From assembly GCA_029259775.1 (NCBI GenBank), contig JAJDEN010000026.1:60059-124058 (forward strand): DNA of 64,000 nucleotides. Reading direction: 5' to 3'. Each line of letters opens with the position of its first letter. Within the stretch, counting starts at the first letter, position 1. This document shows positions 31,775 to 40,679 of this stretch, piece after piece. A program made the position numbers and the translations under genes. The notes under the pieces were generated by a model. It was not told the origin of the DNA. It did not search any database and saw only the letters and a program-made list of their open reading frames with translations. This DNA is from Planctomycetota bacterium (GTDB lineage: Bacteria; Planctomycetota; PLA2; JAEUHO01).

Positions 31775-34714
31775 TCAATTTCCTTCGAGGGTCGTGGGGA
31801 GCACGGACTTCGCCGTGGCCTGGTGGGATGCCGCGCCTGTGCTGGCGTGCAAGGAACGCGCGGCGGTGCGGGGAGTCGTGGCGCCCATCAGGAAGAAGGG
31901 CGCCCAGTAGTACGGGTGCGGGTAGTCGGCGCGGACGACGGCCATCGCGTCGCGTTGGGCGGCGGCCGCGTCCCGGCCATCGCGCAGCGCCTCGTAGAAG
32001 GCCTGCATGAACGTCGCCGCGGCGCCGTCGTGCACGCGCCACTGGCTGCAGAGCAGGGCGGGCGCGCCCGCGGAGAGGAAGCCGCGTGCGAGGCCCTGGA
32101 TTTCGTTGCCGGCATTCCAACCGGCCACACCGCTCTCGCAGGAGGAGACGACGACCAGCTCGCCCGTCACGCAGAGGGAGCCCAGGTCGTAGGGCGTCAC
32201 CCAGCCGTCGCCCAGCCGGATCGCGGAGAGTCGCGGGTTCGAGCGCCGGAACATGCCGTGGGTGGCGATGTGCAGGATGCGCGCTCGGCCTGCTGCCTCG
32301 CGCAGCTTCGCGAAGCTCGCGTCGGCGCCGAGCTTGAGGTCGCGCGTGCCGAGGAGGGCGGCGACGGCGCGCGACTCGCTCTCGACCTGCGGTACGCCCT
32401 CGTCCGGCACGCCGAAGACCGCCGCGTCCCCCGTGGCCTGCGGCACCCGGCTCTTGCAGTGGTGGTAGACCGCTGCGCTCGGCGTATAGAGCACCTCGAA
32501 GCGATCGCAGAGCCAGCCGTCGCCCCACGGCAGGGCGTGGAAGGGAAGACCATGCAGCGGGCCGTGGGGCGAAATCACCAGGCGCTTGCCGCGCAGCGTG
32601 TCCGCGATCGGGTCCAGCACCATCTCGGCCAGGCGAGACAGGTTGTCGCGCGTTGCGCGTAGCACCAGGTCTTCTGCTACGACCGAGGGGCGCTCGTGCT
32701 TGGCGAGATGGAATCGGAAGCGTCCGAGCCGCTCCTCGATCTCCCCCGCCCCGACGGCGATGCACTGGGCGCGAACTTCCTCGCGCGTCACGACGAAGGC
32801 CACGAGGCCCGTCTTGGTGACCAGGTAGTCGATCAGTACCGTGTCCGCCGCGAGGTGCCGGCGCAGCGTCCGGGGTGACGGTACCGCGACCGCGCCCGCC
32901 GTCGTGCCGCCCCGGCCTTGGGCACGCAGCAGGGACTGCAACTCGCCCTCGAGTTCACCCGCGCGCGTGTTCACGGTCGCGGCGGTCTCGACGGCGTCCT
33001 GCTCCGCGCCGCCGCCGCTACGGAGCAGTTTCCAGTACAGCGCGTTCAGCGCTTCGCGCACCACGCGGATCCGGGTCGCGTGCAGACCGTCCGTCGGCGC
33101 TTCGACGCTCTCGCCGGCAAGCATGTCGAGCAGCGCGCGTGACTTGGCGCGCTCGGTGTAGGCGAACGCCTGCTCGACGTCGCCCGCATCGCACAGCAGC
33201 TGCACGAGCGCCTCGTACATCTCGGCGCGCGCACCAAGGAAGGCGGTCATGTACTCGTCCGGCGGGACGCCTGCGCGCTGACGCTCCAGCACGTCGATCG
33301 CGATCTGGTAGGAGGCGATGGCCAGCTTGGCGTTGCCGCCGGATGCGTAGGCACGGGCCTCGACGCGCCGGGCTTCGATCACCATCCAGGGTGCGTGCAC
33401 CCGTCGGCAGCGCACCAGCACCATGCGGGCGTGGCTCAGGGCGTCCGTGTACTGCTTGGCGGCCAGGGCGAGGTTCGCCCGGAGAAGGCTGACCGTGGCG
33501 TTCTCGAGTGGGTTCGTGCTGCCCTCGACCAACGCACGCGCCTCGAGGGTGAACCGCCGCGCAGCGGAGCGCAGGCCCAGGCGCTGCGCCGTGTAGGCCT
33601 GCTGCACGGCGCACCCGACTTCGCGCGCCGCGAGACCCAGGCCGGCGAAGAGCTCGCGCGCCAGCGCGTACCCGGATGCGGCGGCCTGCAGCTCACCCGT
33701 CATGGCGGCGGCGCGGGCCGCGAAGTAGGCGGCTTGCGCACGGTCCTTGTCGAGACCCAGCTCCTCGAAGGCGGCCGAGGCGCGCTCGGCGAAGCCGCGG
33801 GCGTCCTCGGGCAGGTTGAGGAAGAGATGCACCTCCGCCCGGTCGAGGTCGATGTGGGCCAGACGCATGCCGTCGCCCAGCTCCGTCAAGCGCTCTTCGA
33901 TGGCAGCGTAGCGGTCCAGCGCCTCGTCGTAACGACCGCGCAGGACCGCGGAGTAGGCGAGGTTGTAGTCCATGCTCGCCGTCGTGTGGTCGCAGCCCTC
34001 CGCCTCGAACATGTCGCGTGCGATCTGGAACCAGCGCGCGGCCGCCCGGAAGCGGTTGCACGCCTGGAGCGCGGCGGCACGGTTGGCCGCGACGGTTGCC
34101 CGCAGGCGCACGGGGCTGTCGTGGGGGAGCAGCCACTCGACCTGACGGAACTGGCGCAGGGCGTCGCGCGGCTTGTCGAGCTGCTTCGCCAGGTTGGCCA
34201 AGGCGAGCCGGATGCGGATGACGCCGCGAACATCGTTTCGTTCCTCGAACGTGCGCAGGACCTGCCGGCCGACCTCCTCGGCCTCGGCGAAGCGCTCGAG
34301 CTGGGTGAGCGCCTGCACACGGAGCGCGCGAAGCTCGGCGCGCTCCTGGGCACCGCCGGCGGGACGCAGCAGGGCGAGAGCGTCGTCGATCGCGCGGAGC
34401 GACTCGGGGAAGCGACCGATGAGAAGCGCTGCCTGGGAAAGCGTGCGGAGGGCGCGTCCCTCCATCGCGACGTCTTCGAGGCGGCGGGCGACGTGCAGGG
34501 CGAGCCGTGCGCGCTGGCGTGCCTCCGCGGGGTCCGTGCGCATGCAGGCGGTCGCTGCGCCGAGCAGGCCTTCACCCAACGACGCCGAGAAGAACGGCCG
34601 CCCTGCCCTCAGATCCCGGGCGCGCGACGCGTACGTCGGCCGCTCGAGCACGGACGTGAGCAGCTGCTCTGCCTGCAAGGAACCCCACCGCACCGCGACG
34701 CGAGAGCGGCCCAA
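31775..34714 (-). CDS. TPR-repeat protein with C-terminal CHAT (caspase-like) peptidase domain
   Basis: N-terminal ~650 aa are Ala/Leu-rich TPR-like repeats. The C-terminal domain carries the CHAT catalytic dyad context: ARILHIATHGMF (His) and GELVVVSSCESG (Cys), plus FLSAGAPALLCSQW. The true start may be downstream of 34714. Confidence 0.8.
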   Translation of the reverse strand: MGRSRVAVRWGSLQAEQLLTSVLERPTYASRARDLRAGRPFFSASLGEGLLGAATACMRTDPAEARQRARLALHVARRLEDVAMEGRALRTLSQAALLIGRFPESLRAIDDALALLRPAGGAQERAELRALRVQALTQLERFAEAEEVGRQVLRTFEERNDVRGVIRIRLALANLAKQLDKPRDALRQFRQVEWLLPHDSPVRLRATVAANRAAALQACNRFRAAARWFQIARDMFEAEGCDHTTASMDYNLAYSAVLRGRYDEALDRYAAIEERLTELGDGMRLAHIDLDRAEVHLFLNLPEDARGFAERASAAFEELGLDKDRAQAAYFAARAAAMTGELQAAASGYALARELFAGLGLAAREVGCAVQQAYTAQRLGLRSAARRFTLEARALVEGSTNPLENATVSLLRANLALAAKQYTDALSHARMVLVRCRRVHAPWMVIEARRVEARAYASGGNAKLAIASYQIAIDVLERQRAGVPPDEYMTAFLGARAEMYEALVQLLCDAGDVEQAFAYTERAKSRALLDMLAGESVEAPTDGLHATRIRVVREALNALYWKLLRSGGGAEQDAVETAATVNTRAGELEGELQSLLRAQGRGGTTAGAVAVPSPRTLRRHLAADTVLIDYLVTKTGLVAFVVTREEVRAQCIAVGAGEIEERLGRFRFHLAKHERPSVVAEDLVLRATRDNLSRLAEMVLDPIADTLRGKRLVISPHGPLHGLPFHALPWGDGWLCDRFEVLYTPSAAVYHHCKSRVPQATGDAAVFGVPDEGVPQVESESRAVAALLGTRDLKLGADASFAKLREAAGRARILHIATHGMFRRSNPRLSAIRLGDGWVTPYDLGSLCVTGELVVVSSCESGVAGWNAGNEIQGLARGFLSAGAPALLCSQWRVHDGAAATFMQAFYEALRDGRDAAAAQRDAMAVVRADYPHPYYWAPFFLMGATTPRTAARSLHASTGAASHQATAKSVLPTTLEGN

Positions 34715-35014
34715 TCCGCTGCGTCACCCATGCCCTGCCCGGACGCTAGGAACCCCCCGGAATGCGCACAAGGGGGGAAAGTCGTCCTCCCGGACGCCTC
34801 ACGGCGCAATCGGCCCAAAGCGCCCGAAAGTGCGTGCCAATGTGACAATTCGACCCCCCTCGATCCGTACAGCTACCTCACAAAGTGTGTGGATCTCTTA
34901 ACGACTCGAGACCTGGAGTTGGGTGTGCGACGAGCGCGTCTCACCGATGCCCTCAAGAGACCACATCGCCCACGCGATGTCGGTTCGCAGCGTGAGGGGA
35001 GCTAGCATCTGCGC

Positions 35015-36217
35015 ATGCGCACCCTCACATTGATCTTCGCTCTCCTCTTCGCGGTCGGCTGCGGCTCCAGCATCGGGGCCCTCCTCAGCAACCAGGTACT
35101 GCTCTTCGCGACGTTCCAACCCATGACGTATCAGCTCGGCCAGCCGAGCTTCACGTCGGGCACCGCGAACCAAGGCAACGCGAATCCGTCCGCGACGTCG
35201 CTTCGGTTCCCGGGCGCGGGCATGGCAGGCGGTACCAACTTCTACGTACCCGACGCGGGCAACAACCGCGTGCTGGGCTACACGAGCGTGCCCAATGTCT
35301 CGATGCGGGCCGCCGACTTCCCGATCGGTCAGGCCACCCTCGCCACCGCCGCGACGGGGACGTCCTCGGGCGCGATGAACAACCCCCTCGCCCTATGGGC
35401 CACGAGCTCGCACCTGTTCGTGAGCGACACGGGCAACAACCGCGTCCTCATCTTCGCGGGTGCGCCCGTGAGCTCGGGCTCGACGGCCAGCTTCGTGCTG
35501 GGCCAGACGGGCTTCGGGCTGAACGGCACGGGTGGGACCGCCACGACGATGGACAGCCCGGTCGGGATCTGCAGCGCGAACGGCAAGCTGCTCGTCTGCG
35601 ATCGCGACAACAACCGCGTGCTGATCTGGAACTCGATCCCGAGCGCCAACGGCGTGGCGGCGGACCTCGTCTTGGGGCAGGCGAATCTCTCGAGTGTGCT
35701 GCCCAACCGTGGGGCTACCCCCGCGGCGAACACGCTGAACTGGCCGTGGGGCGTCTGGACCGACGGCACGATCGTGGCGGTCGCCGACGCGGCAAACCAT
35801 CGCGTGCTGATCTGGAACTCGTTCCCCACGACGAACGGCCAGCCGGCGGACGTGGTGTTGGGTCAAGCCGGCTTCACGACGTCAGGGGCCGGTCTCACGG
35901 CGACGTCCTTCAACGTGCCGACGGACGTGACGTCGAACGGGATCCAGCTCTTCGTGGGCGACTGCGAGAACAACCGCGTCCTCCTCTGGGACACGTTCCC
36001 GACCGTCAACCAGGCCGCGCCGAACAAGGTGCTTGGTCAGGGTGACTTCACGCACGGCCGCCAGAATGACGACGACCAGAACACGGTGGACGACGGGCAG
36101 CCCTCGCAGCGGACGCTCAACAGCGCAGGTGGCTTCCTGTTCGTCCGTCTGGACCAGAGCAATCTGTTCGTCGGCGACCACCGCAACCACCGCGTGGGCA
36201 TCTGGCGCGGCAACTGA
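35015..36217 (+). CDS. NHL-repeat beta-propeller lipoprotein (paralog of 27653-28879)
   Basis: MRTLTLIFALLFAVGCGSS lipobox. Repeated DxGNNRVLIW...LGQ blades. Divergent from the CHAT gene. Confidence 0.75.
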   Translation: MRTLTLIFALLFAVGCGSSIGALLSNQVLLFATFQPMTYQLGQPSFTSGTANQGNANPSATSLRFPGAGMAGGTNFYVPDAGNNRVLGYTSVPNVSMRAADFPIGQATLATAATGTSSGAMNNPLALWATSSHLFVSDTGNNRVLIFAGAPVSSGSTASFVLGQTGFGLNGTGGTATTMDSPVGICSANGKLLVCDRDNNRVLIWNSIPSANGVAADLVLGQANLSSVLPNRGATPAANTLNWPWGVWTDGTIVAVADAANHRVLIWNSFPTTNGQPADVVLGQAGFTTSGAGLTATSFNVPTDVTSNGIQLFVGDCENNRVLLWDTFPTVNQAAPNKVLGQGDFTHGRQNDDDQNTVDDGQPSQRTLNSAGGFLFVRLDQSNLFVGDHRNHRVGIWRGN

Positions 36218-36227
36218 GCCGCTGACT

Positions 36228-36475
36228 CTTCAAGAAGAGAAGAAGACCAACCACAGAGGCACAGAGGACACGGAGGGCCGCAGGCGACCATGCGCGGTGT
36301 TTCACGTGCGCTCGTCGTTGGCTCTCAAGAAGCAAGGAACCGCAGAGGCGCAGAGGGCCAACCCGTCGCTCGGGGGCCGCGCACGAGGCTTCTGCTCCTC
36401 AGACTCAGCCGATCGCACTTCGAGCGCCAAGCCTGATCAGAGGCACACCTCTGTGTCCTCTGCGCCTCTGTGGTT
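36228..36475. mobile_element. MITE-like element: ~40-bp terminal inverted repeats flanking a ~170-bp non-coding core
   Basis: Left end caagaagagaagaagaccaaccacagaggcacagaggacac (36231-36270) is the near-perfect reverse complement of the right end gtgtcctctgcgcctctgtggttcaattctcttctcttgg (36447-36486 region). It lies between the convergent NHL and typA genes. No ORF. Confidence 0.45.
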
Positions 36476-36520
36476 CAATTCTCTTCTCTTGGGGCCTGCA
36501 GCGTGCGCGCGTAGCTCGAG

Positions 36521-38353
36521 CTACTTCTTGCCCGACTCGGCGTTGCGGCGGCGGCGGATCTCCTTGCGGCGCAGGACCTCCTTGAGCACGCGCTTGCGCA
36601 TGCGCAGGAAGTTCGGCGTCACCTCGAGCAGCTCGTCATCCGCCAGGAACTCGAGCGACTCCTCGATGCCCTTGCGGATCGGCGGCGGGAACGACGCCTT
36701 CTCGTCCGTGCCGGACGAGCGGACGTTCGTGAGGTTCTTGCGGCGGCACACGTTGACGAGGCACTCCTCGTCACGGCGATGCTCGCCCGTCACCTGGCCT
36801 TCGTAGACCTGCTCGCCGGCGTCGACGAAGAACGGGCCACGGTCCGTGAGACCGTTCAGCGCGTACGCCGTGACCATGCCGGCCTCGCTCGACACCTGGC
36901 TTCCCGTGCGGCGGTGGGGGAGCTCGCCTCGGTGCTTGCCGTAGCGCTTGAAGACCGAGCTCAGGACCGCTTCGCCCTTCGTCGCCGAGAGCAGGCGCGT
37001 GCGCAAGCCGATCAGGCCGCGCGACGGCGCCTCGAACTCGAGGAGCGTGAGGTCGCTCTTCGTCTCCATGTTGAGCATCTCGCCCTTGCGGCGGCCCATC
37101 ATCTCGATGACCGTGCCGGCGTCGACCGCGGGCACTTCGACGTGCACCGTCTCGAACGGCTCTTCGAGGCCCTCGTCCGTCTCGTGAAACAGCACGCGCG
37201 GGCGGCCGACCGCGAACTCGAAGCCTTCGCGCCGGAGCGTCTCGATGAGGATGCCCAGGTGCAGGATGCCGCGGCCGCGGACCTCGAAGGCATCCGTCGC
37301 CTCGCCGAAGAGCACGTGCAGGGCCACGTCTTCCTGGTGCGCGCGCTCGAGGCGCTCGCGCAGGCGGCGGGACGTGACGTGCTTGCCGTCCTCGCCGGCG
37401 CGCGGTGAGTCGTTGACGCGGAACTCCATGGCGAGGGTCGGCTCTTCGACCTTCATCTCCCAGGGCTCGACGGGGTCTTCGATCGACGTGATCGTGTCGC
37501 CGATCTCGACACCCTCCATGCCACCAATGGCGACGCAGTCGCCCGCCGTGACGTGCTCCGTCTCCGTACGGCCCATGCCCGAGAAGACGAACGGCGTCGC
37601 CGGTACCTTCGCGCGCACCGTGCCGTCGGGCGCGAGGATGAGCAGACGATCGCCGCGGGCGATCTTGCCCTGCTCGAGGCGGCCGATGGCGATGCGACCC
37701 ACGAAGCGATCCACCTCGACATCGCAGACCGGCAGCGCGAGCGGGAGCTCCGGGTCGCCCCGGGGCGGCGGGACGTGCTCGAGGATGCCGTCGAGGATCG
37801 GCAGCAGGTTGGGCTGCAGGGCGTCGGGCTCGAAGCCGGAGATGCCCTGGCGGCCCGAGGCGTAGAAGACGGGGAAGTCGAGGTCCTCGTCCTCGGCACC
37901 GAGATCGATGAAGAGGTCGTAGACGAGGTCGAGGACTTCCTTCGGACGCGCGTCACGGCGATCGCACTTGTTGATCACGACGATGGGCTTCAGCTTGCCC
38001 TCGAGCGACTTGCGCAGCACGAAGCGCGTCTGCGGCAGCGGGCCTTCGTAGGCGTCGACGAGCAAGAGCACGCCGTCCGCCATGCGCAACACGCGCTCGA
38101 CCTGGCCGCCGAAGTCGGCGTGGCCGGGCGTGTCGATGATGTTGATCTTCTTGTCCCGGTACTGGATGGCGCAGGACTTGGAGAAGATGGTGATACCGCG
38201 CTCGCGCTCGAGGTCGAAGCTGTCCATGACGAGGGCTTCGTCGTCGGGCAGGGAGCCCAGGACACCTGCGGTCACGAGGAGCTTGTCCACGAGGGTGGTC
38301 TTCCCGTGGTCCACGTGGGCGATGACGGCGACATTTCGTACGTTTTCGTTCAT
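36521..38353 (-). CDS. typA: Translational GTPase TypA/BipA
   Basis: [12 protein letters not shown] (G1), DTPGHADF (G3), NKCD (G4), then EF-G-like domains. Start at ATG 38353 ([13 protein letters not shown]...). The ORF-track 671-aa version has an N-terminal extension. Confidence 0.9.
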   Translation of the reverse strand: MNENVRNVAVIAHVDHGKTTLVDKLLVTAGVLGSLPDDEALVMDSFDLERERGITIFSKSCAIQYRDKKINIIDTPGHADFGGQVERVLRMADGVLLLVDAYEGPLPQTRFVLRKSLEGKLKPIVVINKCDRRDARPKEVLDLVYDLFIDLGAEDEDLDFPVFYASGRQGISGFEPDALQPNLLPILDGILEHVPPPRGDPELPLALPVCDVEVDRFVGRIAIGRLEQGKIARGDRLLILAPDGTVRAKVPATPFVFSGMGRTETEHVTAGDCVAIGGMEGVEIGDTITSIEDPVEPWEMKVEEPTLAMEFRVNDSPRAGEDGKHVTSRRLRERLERAHQEDVALHVLFGEATDAFEVRGRGILHLGILIETLRREGFEFAVGRPRVLFHETDEGLEEPFETVHVEVPAVDAGTVIEMMGRRKGEMLNMETKSDLTLLEFEAPSRGLIGLRTRLLSATKGEAVLSSVFKRYGKHRGELPHRRTGSQVSSEAGMVTAYALNGLTDRGPFFVDAGEQVYEGQVTGEHRRDEECLVNVCRRKNLTNVRSSGTDEKASFPPPIRKGIEESLEFLADDELLEVTPNFLRMRKRVLKEVLRRKEIRRRRNAESGKK

Positions 38354-38429
38354 GAAGCCCGCGAGGTTACGTCCGCCCTGGGCCGCACCACCGCAATTTG
38401 CGCGCCTCCTGGGCGTATCTTGTCGGGCC

Positions 38430-39863
38430 ATGGAACCCTCCCGAACCTCGATCACAGCCACCGTGGGACCCGCCTGCGCCTCCGCCGCCGAACTCACGGC
38501 CATGGCCCACGCCGGAGCCGACGTCTTTCGCGTCAATGGCGCCCACGCCGGGCCCGAGAGCTACGCCACCTGGAACCGCAAGATCCGGGCGGCCGGCCGA
38601 GCCGCGAGGCGCAACGTCGCCCTGATGGTGGACCTGCCTGGCATCAAGCTACGGACCGGCACCATGCATGGCGGCCATCCGGTCACGCTCGCTGCCGGTG
38701 CCCGGCTCACCCTGACCGCGGGCAAGCGAGGGGGCACCGCAACCCGGGTCTTCGTCGACCCGTGGCCGGACATCACGGGCGTTCGGAAGGGCGCCCTCGT
38801 CCTGCTGGACGACGGGCGCCTTCGCCTGCGCGTCGTCCGACGCCGGGGGGCGGAGATCGAGGCGGTGGTCGAGGACGGCGGCGTGCTGGCCTCAGGCAAG
38901 GGCGTGGCCTTTCCCGGGGTGCCGCTCGCACTCGAGGTGCCGACGGCGCGCGATCGCCGACTCGCCCGCGCGGCGATCGAGGCCGGCGCGGACTGGCTGA
39001 GCCTCTCGTTCGTGGGCTGCGCGGACGACGTGCGGCGCTTGCGGCGCCTCACGAAGCGCGCGGGCCGTCCCGACATCCCGATCGTCTCGAAGATCGAGCG
39101 GGCCGATGCGATCCCGCACCTGGCCTCGATCCTGGCAGCGTCGGACGCCGTCATCGTCGCGCGCGGCGATCTCGGTGTGGATGTCGGCGGCGAGAATGTG
39201 CCTGCGCTGCAGAAGATCATCGTCGAACACGCGCAGCGCGCGGGCGTGCCCGCGATCATCGCCACCGAGATGCTCGACTCGATGACGCGCCGCGCCCGGC
39301 CGACGCGCGCCGAGGTCAGCGACGTCGCGGGCGCCGTGTTCGAGGGCGCCGACGGCGTGTTGCTCTCCAGCGAGACGGCGGTCGGCGTCCACCCGGCGCA
39401 CGCCGTCGCCACGCTGGACCGGATCCTCGCCTCCGCCGAGGCCGACGCCCATGCTCCCTACGCCGGCGCGAGCGGCCGGGCCGTGCTCGATTCGTTGCCT
39501 GGACGGCCGGACCAGCACGTCGTGCACGCAGCCGTACTGCTCGCTGAGGAAACCGGCGCAGAGGCGATCGTCGTGTTCACACGTGGCGGCGCCTCGGCGA
39601 TCCGCTTGTCGAAGGAGCGGCCGCGCGCGCGCATCCACGCCTTCAGCCCGGATGCGGCCGTTTGCCGGCAGCTCGCCTTGGCGTGGGGGGTGTGCGCGGA
39701 GAACCTGCCTGCGGGGCGTGGCACCGACGCCGTCGTGGAGCGCGCCCGCCGGCGGTTGTGCGAGCACACCGAGCTGGTGCCCGGCGACCGCGCCGTACTC
39801 GTCATGGGCAGTGCGCAGGACCCCGAAGGGGCCACGACGCTGATCAAACTGCTCACCATCTGA
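38430..39863 (+). CDS. pyk: Pyruvate kinase
   Basis: ...TVGPA..., MVDLPGIKLRTG, IVSKIERADA, VARGDLGVD, ATEMLDSM, SSETAVG are conserved PK blocks. Start at ATG 38430. Confidence 0.85.
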   Translation: MEPSRTSITATVGPACASAAELTAMAHAGADVFRVNGAHAGPESYATWNRKIRAAGRAARRNVALMVDLPGIKLRTGTMHGGHPVTLAAGARLTLTAGKRGGTATRVFVDPWPDITGVRKGALVLLDDGRLRLRVVRRRGAEIEAVVEDGGVLASGKGVAFPGVPLALEVPTARDRRLARAAIEAGADWLSLSFVGCADDVRRLRRLTKRAGRPDIPIVSKIERADAIPHLASILAASDAVIVARGDLGVDVGGENVPALQKIIVEHAQRAGVPAIIATEMLDSMTRRARPTRAEVSDVAGAVFEGADGVLLSSETAVGVHPAHAVATLDRILASAEADAHAPYAGASGRAVLDSLPGRPDQHVVHAAVLLAEETGAEAIVVFTRGGASAIRLSKERPRARIHAFSPDAAVCRQLALAWGVCAENLPAGRGTDAVVERARRRLCEHTELVPGDRAVLVMGSAQDPEGATTLIKLLTI

Positions 39864-40424
39864 CCTGGGCAAGCTCGGCAGAGGCCCATTTCGCGGCGTT
39901 TCAGGCAAAGGCCCGGCCAATTGTCAGCCAGATGCTAAGGACCGGCTCCTGGGGCGACAGGTCGCGCCGCCGCCCCGTCGATGGGGTCTCCGGACTGGTG
40001 AAAGGAGCAGGCACAGGGACCAAGACCAGACACCGACAGGACCTGCTGGCTTCAAGGGATTTTGGCCGGCAGCTGTCAAGGGTGTGACAACGGAGCGAGC
40101 CCGTCTTGTGAGAGCGGATGGCGAGCTTCGGACATGGGTACGACGAGCACCTGGGGGGGACGACTCCGCGGGAAGCTTCCTGCACGAGTCGCCTGAGTGT
40201 GCCTTGTCGATGTCCACTAGCATTGTCCATCCGTTTGGCGGGAGGGTGTCGCCGCGTGCGGCGCACACCAGGACAGGAACCGCGCGACACGACGAGCGAT
40301 CGGGCTGGGGAGTCCGAATGCTGGGGAGCAGCTCGTCGCATGTCGTCGCGGTCGGAGGGGCTGGGTCCCTTCGCTCTGAATCAGGCATGGCCGTGAGGTC
40401 GCGCTACCACGCTCCGACCTGTTT

Positions 40425-40458
40425 CGCGGGACGCGCAAGCGTCCCGCCTCCTTTTTTG
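40425..40458 (+). terminator. Strong rho-independent terminator (GCGGGACGC-gcaa-GCGUCCCGC + CUCCUUUUUUGG)
   Basis: Read directly. It ends a ~560-bp ORF-poor, lower-GC stretch (39864-40424) downstream of pyk. Confidence 0.6.
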
Positions 40459-40463
40459 GACCG

Positions 40464-40679
40464 CTAGGGGAGGACGCCGAGCATCCAGCATCCGAGCGCG
40501 GCGAGGCCCAGCCCGACGGCCAGCCCGCTGCCGCCGCGCTTCGCGGCGCCCTCGGTCATCGCGATCAGGCCCATGAACGCCGTGGCCAGCCCGGCGAGGC
40601 CGAGCAGCACACCGCCAATCGAGCCGAGCGTGTCCGAGAACGCGCCGGCGGCAAGCCACGAGAGGCAGGCGGTCGTCAT
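40464..40679 (-). CDS. Small hydrophobic membrane protein (71 aa)
   Basis: MTTACLSWLAAGAFSDTLGSIGGVLLGLAGLATAFMGLIAMTEGAAKRGGSGLAVGLGLAALGCWMLGVLP gives two predicted TM helices. The start overlaps the AI-2E gene stop (ATGA). Confidence 0.5.
   Translation of the reverse strand: MTTACLSWLAAGAFSDTLGSIGGVLLGLAGLATAFMGLIAMTEGAAKRGGSGLAVGLGLAALGCWMLGVLP

Noticed and set aside
31472-34901. Several 200-540-aa plus-strand ORFs (31472-32662, 33395-35005, 34173-34901)
   Set aside because: All antisense to the TPR-CHAT gene. Low-complexity Arg/Ala/Gly composition.
37553-39547. 664-aa plus-strand ORF
   Set aside because: Antisense to typA and out of frame across pyk. typA/pyk motifs are decisive.
39864-40424. 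tmRNA / SRP RNA / RNase P RNA / 6S RNA in the ORF-poor region
   Set aside because: By eye, none of the family hallmarks is present (tmRNA GGGG...resume codon...UUCGAUUCC-CCA 3' end, SRP AGGUCCGGAAGGAAGCAGC, RNase P GGAAAGUCCGG...ACA(A/G)AA). Left as an unassigned ncRNA candidate.
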